DNA of 55,563 nt, taken from contig DAORUF010000004.1 of NCBI GenBank assembly GCA_035433045.1, positions 1 through 55,563 of the forward strand, written 5' to 3'. This document shows, piece after piece, positions 51,512-55,563 of this stretch. Every line of letters starts with the position of its first letter. The stretch's first letter is position 1. The notes beneath the pieces are model-generated. The model was not told the DNA's origin and ran no database searches. It worked only from the letters and a program-made list of their open reading frames with translations. A program made the translations under genes and the position numbers. This DNA comes from Ornithinibacter sp. (GTDB taxonomy: Bacteria; Actinomycetota; Actinomycetes; Actinomycetales; Dermatophilaceae).

Positions 51512-52074
51512 GCGAAGGCGGCTTCGCTCACCTTCGAGCGGATGCCGTCGACGTCCTGTCGCGGTGGACGGCACCGGATGCCGGGCAGGCTCGCCTGCGC
51601 GAGGAGTACCTCGCCCATCTCGCCGCCCACCCCGACGGCGTCGCCAAGACCGGCCCACCCGCGCACCTCACGGCGTCGTGCCTGGTCGTCGACGCGGCCC
51701 GCGCACAGGTGCTGCTGACGCACCACCGCAAGGCCAGGGCGTGGTTCCAGTTCGGCGGCCACCTCGAGGCCGGTGACGCATCGGTGTGGGAGGCGGCACG
51801 GCGCGAGGCACGCGAGGAGTCCGGGATCGGTGCGCTCGAGCCCTTGCCCGACCCCGTGCAGCTCGACCGGCACGAACTCGTCGGTGCCTTCGGCCACTGC
51901 CGCGAGCACCTCGACCTGCGCTACGTCGCGCTCGCGCCCGACGGGGCGGCGGGGGTCGTCAGCGAGGAGTCGCTCGACGTGCGCTGGTGGCCGATCGACG
52001 CCCTGCCCGCCGGCACGCGGGCCGAGCTCGCGCCACTGGTGTCACTCGCGTTGCGTGCCCTCGACGCCGGCTGA
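51508..52074 (+). CDS. NUDIX hydrolase
   Basis: HLTAS, LLTHHRK, Nudix box GGHLEAGDASVWEAARREAREESG, HLDLRY; GTGA coupling. Confidence 0.9.
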   Translation: MSEGGFAHLRADAVDVLSRWTAPDAGQARLREEYLAHLAAHPDGVAKTGPPAHLTASCLVVDAARAQVLLTHHRKARAWFQFGGHLEAGDASVWEAARREAREESGIGALEPLPDPVQLDRHELVGAFGHCREHLDLRYVALAPDGAAGVVSEESLDVRWWPIDALPAGTRAELAPLVSLALRALDAG

Positions 52075-52665
52075 CTGCTCGACGGCTGACTGCTCGACGG
52101 CTGACTGCTCGACGGCTGATTCGACGTCGGCTGGCCCGTCGACAGGGTCCTCGTCCGGCCCGGGGGCCAACCCCTCGGCGTGCGCGAAGCCGTCGAGGAA
52201 CCCGCGGGCCCGGTCGAGCTTGGGGTAGGACGCGAGCAGGCGCCAGAACGCCGGGCCGTGACCCGGCACGAGCAGGTGCGCCAGCTCGTGGAGCAGCACG
52301 TAGTCCAGCACGTGGTTCGGCACGTCACGCAACCGGTCGGAGACCCGGATGGTGCCGTCGCCCGGTGTGCACGAGGCCCACCGGCGACCCATGGTCGAGA
52401 CCCAGCGCACGCTCGTGGGCCGCGCGTGCCCCCCGAGGTACTTCTGCGACAGGTGCGCCGCCCGGGCCTGCAGCTCGTCGTCCCCGCGAGCGCGGCGGCG
52501 GTCACCGGCGGTGAGCCGGGTCAGCATCCGGGTCACCCACCGCTCCTCCTCGGCGGCGCTGAAGGATGCCGGGATGAGCACGACGGTGCGCTCGCCCTCT
52601 CGATACGCGCTGACCGTGCGGCGCCGGCGGCGACTCCGGCGGACCTCGACGTCCTCCCTGCTCAC
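52042..52665 (-). CDS. M48/YgjP-like metallopeptidase
   Basis: VEVRRSRRRRRTVSAY, RWASCT, DYVLLHELAHL (HEXXH), GHGPAFW. Confidence 0.88.
   Translation of the reverse strand: MSREDVEVRRSRRRRRTVSAYREGERTVVLIPASFSAAEEERWVTRMLTRLTAGDRRRARGDDELQARAAHLSQKYLGGHARPTSVRWVSTMGRRWASCTPGDGTIRVSDRLRDVPNHVLDYVLLHELAHLLVPGHGPAFWRLLASYPKLDRARGFLDGFAHAEGLAPGPDEDPVDGPADVESAVEQSAVEQSAVEQSAGVEGTQRE
52069..52125. repeat. 15-bp tandem repeat, 3 full copies plus 1 partial
   Basis: (ggctgactgctcgac)x3 + ggctgattcgac; encodes (SAVEQ)n at the M48 C-terminus. Confidence 0.9.
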
Positions 52666-52878
52666 ACCCGCAGACTAGGCCCGGAGCGCTCGGGGTGGGG
52701 CGGATGGTGCCGAAGTGGTGTGCGGTGCGGGAGTGGCTGCGTCCCCCTCGCGGGACCCGCGCGTCCGCCTGATCCGCAGCGGGCACGTGGCTAGGGTTTG
52801 AGCCACCCTGCCGCCTGCGCGGCACCCACACCTGATCGACGCGGCTGCCCAGCCGGGCGTCGACGACAAGGAGAGATC

Positions 52879-53040
52879 ATGGCTGACGAGACCTACAAGG
52901 GCGAGTTCTACTGCGTGAAGTGCAAGGAGAAGCGCCAGGCCGAGGGCAAGGTCGTCGTCTCCGAGAACGGCCGCCGGATGGCCAAGGGTGTGTGCCCGGT
53001 CTGTGGCACCAACCTCAACCGCATCCTCGGCAAGGCCTGA
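52879..53040 (+). CDS. DUF5679-family small zinc-ribbon protein (53 aa)
   Basis: MADETYKGEFYCVKCKEKR...AKGVCPVCGTNLNRILGKA; AAGGAG RBS; two CxxC motifs. Confidence 0.85.
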   Translation: MADETYKGEFYCVKCKEKRQAEGKVVVSENGRRMAKGVCPVCGTNLNRILGKA

Positions 53041-53053
53041 CCGAACCTCCACC

Positions 53054-53086
53054 CGCGGCCCCGGTCCTGGTGGGACCGGGGCCGCG
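53054..53086 (+). terminator. Hairpin after the DUF5679 gene
   Basis: cgcggccccggtcc-N5-ggaccggggccgcg. Confidence 0.65.
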
Positions 53087-53225
53087 TGCTGTCCGGGGAC
53101 CCTGCGGTGCGTGGGCTGCGCGACGAACAGCCTGTGGACGACGGTTTTCAGCCCTGCGGGCAGGGCAGGATGGCACCGGCGGCCGGGGTGGCTCCGGTCG
53201 GGGTCGCACCGGTCGCATCGGACCG

Positions 53226-53264
53226 GTCAGGTCGGGCCAGTCAGGTCGGGCCAGTCAGGTCGGG
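53226..53264. repeat. 14-bp tandem repeat, about 2.8 copies
   Basis: gtcaggtcgggcca gtcaggtcgggcca gtcaggtcggg. Confidence 0.8.
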
Positions 53265-53271
53265 GGTGGAG

Positions 53272-53883
53272 ATGCAGGGACGGTCAGGGGCCGGGCACGT
53301 CATCGTCGACGGAACCGGCCTCTTCGCGGACGAGCTCGTGGCGCAGTTGCGCCGCTGCGAGGTTCCGGTCGTGGGGGGAGCGCACGCTGCGGACGGTGCC
53401 GAGCTCGCCCTCGCCGAGGGCGAGCCGGCCCCGACTGCGGTCGTCGTGGTCGCCCGTGACCGCCCCCCTCGCTGGGCGGGCACCCCGTGGCAGGCCCGCG
53501 GCATCCCTCACCTGCCAGTGGTGGTCGGTGCCGGCCGGGTCGTCGTCGGCCCGCTCGTCCTTCCCGGCAGCACGGCGTGCCTGCGCTGCTGCGGCGACGC
53601 CTGGGCCGAGGCCCGGGGCGGTGCGTCGCCACGCACCCGTGCGGCCGCTGGGGCACCCGGTGCCGACGGCATCCGGCCCGACCACCCGGCATCCGACACG
53701 CCGTCGGGCACGGTGGTCCTGGCCTGCGCCGTCGCCACCGTCATCGTCCTGTCGACCCTGCGAGGAGACGTGTCTCTGGGCGGAATCTCGACCGAGATCG
53801 GCCTCGCCGACGTGACCTTGACCCATCGTCTGTGGAACGTGCGTGCCGACTGTGGGTGTGCGCGGGTGAGAATGGCAGGGTGA
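53272..53883 (+). CDS. ThiF/TOMM-cyclodehydratase-C-like domain protein (short form)
   Basis: IPHLPV, VVGPLVLPGSTACLRC, C-terminal CGC; usual neighbour of the ABC1 kinase gene; start uncertain (53170 or 53272). Confidence 0.65.
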   Translation: MQGRSGAGHVIVDGTGLFADELVAQLRRCEVPVVGGAHAADGAELALAEGEPAPTAVVVVARDRPPRWAGTPWQARGIPHLPVVVGAGRVVVGPLVLPGSTACLRCCGDAWAEARGGASPRTRAAAGAPGADGIRPDHPASDTPSGTVVLACAVATVIVLSTLRGDVSLGGISTEIGLADVTLTHRLWNVRADCGCARVRMAG

Positions 53884-55217
53884 CCGACATCCCGCGGAGC
53901 TCCATCGCCCGCACCGCCAAGCTCGTCGGCCTGCCCCTGGGGCACGCCGGCCGGGTCGCCATGGGCGTGGGCAAGCGGGTGGGTGGGCGACCGGCCGAGG
54001 CCGTCGCCGCCGAGCTGCAGGCCCGCACGGCCGAACAGCTGTTCACCGTTCTCGGGCAGCTCAAGGGCGGCGCGATGAAGTTCGGTCAGGCCCTGTCGGT
54101 CATGGAGGCCGCGATGCCCGAGGAGCTGGCCGGGCCGTACCGGGCCACGCTCACCAAGCTCCAGGAGTCCGGGCCGCCGATGGGCGCCGACCGGGTGCAC
54201 GAGATCCTCGCCCGCGAGCTCGGCCCCCGCTGGGCCAGCACCAAGCTCGTCGAGTTCGACGACGTCCCGGCTGCGGCGGCCTCGATCGGTCAGGTGCACA
54301 AGGGGGTCTGGCGCGATGGTCGCGAGGTCGCCGTCAAGCTCCAGTACCCGGGAGCGGCCGAGGCGCTGCTCTCCGACCTCAACCAGATCTCGCGGGTGGC
54401 CCGGATGGCCGGGTCGTGGGTGCCCGGCATCGACATCAAGCCGATCATGGCCGAGCTCAAGGCCCGCATGAGCGAAGAGCTCGACTACCACCTCGAAGCG
54501 CGCAACCAGCGGCACTTCGCCAACGCCTTCCGCGGCGACGAGGACGTCCTGATCCCCGAGGTGCTCGTGGACTCCAAGCACGTCATCGTCACCGAGTGGA
54601 TCGACGGCACGCCCCTCGCGAGCGTCATCACGAACGGCACCACGCAGGAGCGCGACGAGGCCGCGACCCTCTACCTCGAGTTCCTCCTGCGCGCCCCGAA
54701 CCGGGCTCGCATGCTGCACGCCGACCCCCACCCCGGCAACTTCCGGATCACCGACGACGGCCGGCTCGCCGTGTTCGACTTCGGGGCCGTCAACCGCCTT
54801 CCGCACGGGCTGCCCGCATCGCTCGGGCGCGTGCTCACCGAGGCGCTGGCCGGTGACGCCGTGGCCCTCGAAGCCGTGCTGCGCGAGGAAGGCTTCATCC
54901 GCAAGGGCATCGCCATCGACCCCGACGCGCTGCTCGAGTACCTCAAACCCCTGGTGGAACCCCTCCTGCACGACCAGTTCACCCCGACCCGCGAGTGGCT
55001 CCGCGGGGCCGCGGCCACCCTTCAGGACCCCCGCCGCCCCCAGTTCCTCATCGGCCTCAAGCTCAACCTGCCGCCGGAGTACCTGCTCATCCACCGGGTG
55101 TGGCTCGGCGGCATCGGTGTGCTCAGCCAGATCGGCGGCACCGTGCCACTGCGCGAACTCGTCTGCGCGCACCTGTCCGGCATCGACGAGTCACGTCTGC
55201 CCCCCTCCCCCAGCTGA
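53880..55217 (+). CDS. AarF/ABC1/UbiB-family atypical kinase
   Basis: LKGGAMKFGQ, AAASIGQVH, VAVKLQYPG, EELDY, LHADPHPGNF, DFG. Confidence 0.93.
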   Translation: MTDIPRSSIARTAKLVGLPLGHAGRVAMGVGKRVGGRPAEAVAAELQARTAEQLFTVLGQLKGGAMKFGQALSVMEAAMPEELAGPYRATLTKLQESGPPMGADRVHEILARELGPRWASTKLVEFDDVPAAAASIGQVHKGVWRDGREVAVKLQYPGAAEALLSDLNQISRVARMAGSWVPGIDIKPIMAELKARMSEELDYHLEARNQRHFANAFRGDEDVLIPEVLVDSKHVIVTEWIDGTPLASVITNGTTQERDEAATLYLEFLLRAPNRARMLHADPHPGNFRITDDGRLAVFDFGAVNRLPHGLPASLGRVLTEALAGDAVALEAVLREEGFIRKGIAIDPDALLEYLKPLVEPLLHDQFTPTREWLRGAAATLQDPRRPQFLIGLKLNLPPEYLLIHRVWLGGIGVLSQIGGTVPLRELVCAHLSGIDESRLPPSPS

Positions 55218-55228
55218 GCAGACCCGCC

Positions 55229-55456
55229 TCACCACCAGGAGGAGTCGAGCTTGCCCTCAATGCTGCGCAGGAACCGGCGGCTGCACTGCTCGCAGGTCCA
55301 GGTGTCCCGCCCGTTCTCGACGCCCCTGGCCCAGGTGATCCGCGCCAGGGAGAGCGCCTCGGCGCCGTCGGGTGTGGCACCGCACGACGCGCAGACGATG
55401 TCGGATGCCGGTCGGCCGGCATCCGCTGTCGGTGCCGTGTCGTCGTGCTCAGCCAT
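55229..55456 (-). CDS. Conserved small actinobacterial CxxC...CxxC protein
   Basis: VCASCG...W...WTCEQCSRRFLRSIEGKLDSSWW. Confidence 0.75.
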   Translation of the reverse strand: MAEHDDTAPTADAGRPASDIVCASCGATPDGAEALSLARITWARGVENGRDTWTCEQCSRRFLRSIEGKLDSSWW

Positions 55457-55461
55457 CGGGC

Positions 55462-55563
55462 TCAGGCCCCGGCCTTGGCAGCGGCCTTGGCGGCCTTCTT
55501 GAAGTCGCGGACCTTCTGCAGCGACTCGGCATCGACGACGTCGGCCACCGAGCGGAAGGAGCC
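55462..55563 (-). CDS. 3' end of a probable HhH-GPD-type base-excision repair family protein (partial)
   Basis: My translation: GSFRSVADVVDAESLQKVRDFKKAAKAAAKAGA*. Resembles the C-terminus of actinobacterial HhH-GPD (TIGR03252-like) proteins; truncated by the window edge. Confidence 0.55.
   Translation of the reverse strand, partial: GSFRSVADVVDAESLQKVRDFKKAAKAAAKAGA

Noticed and set aside
52069-52125. Short tandem repeats as a CRISPR-like array (also 53226-53264)
   Set aside because: Units are 14-15 bp and contiguous, with no spacers and no cas genes
53131-53142. CTGTGGACGA as a DnaA-box-like site
   Set aside because: Single imperfect match with no cluster or origin context

Overview
High-GC (roughly 70%) actinobacterial core-chromosome segment. 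Gene content suggests a Micrococcales/Intrasporangiaceae-like organism (inference only). It holds about 53 CDS and one initiator tRNA-Met. In order: two CNNM/CBS hemolysin-family genes, an ABC-2 exporter, kgd, DUF6104, a GDSL hydrolase, divergent rmlBD/rmlAC, malic enzyme, a polar amino-acid ABC importer, sodX-sodN, manA, two membrane HD-GYP-like genes with a small secreted-peptide ORF upstream, bL37, rsrA-sigR, SRAP, DoxX-aroA-rsgA, an opp operon, hisN, ogt, an M16 peptidase pair, ndh, a P-type ATPase, tRNA-fMet, and the UPF0182/PDZ-Lon/moaE/zincin/NUDIX/M48/DUF5679/ABC1-kinase cluster. I saw no integrase, transposase, prophage or CRISPR array. The best candidate for a new system is a 73-aa signal-peptide-bearing ORF ending in GWGWGG, directly upstream of two multi-TM proteins with degenerate HD-GYP domains and a manA gene; it may be a peptide-sensing c-di-GMP-related module. 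Other notable signals are a strongly over-represented GGATGCC/GGCATCC heptamer that also forms the core of many intergenic hairpins, a two-promoter/two-isoform sigR architecture, further SigR-type promoters, a shared GlnR/MtrA-like box before both nitrogen-compound importers, a dispersed REP-like palindrome, and many leaderless genes. All family assignments come from motif recognition by eye, not from database searches.
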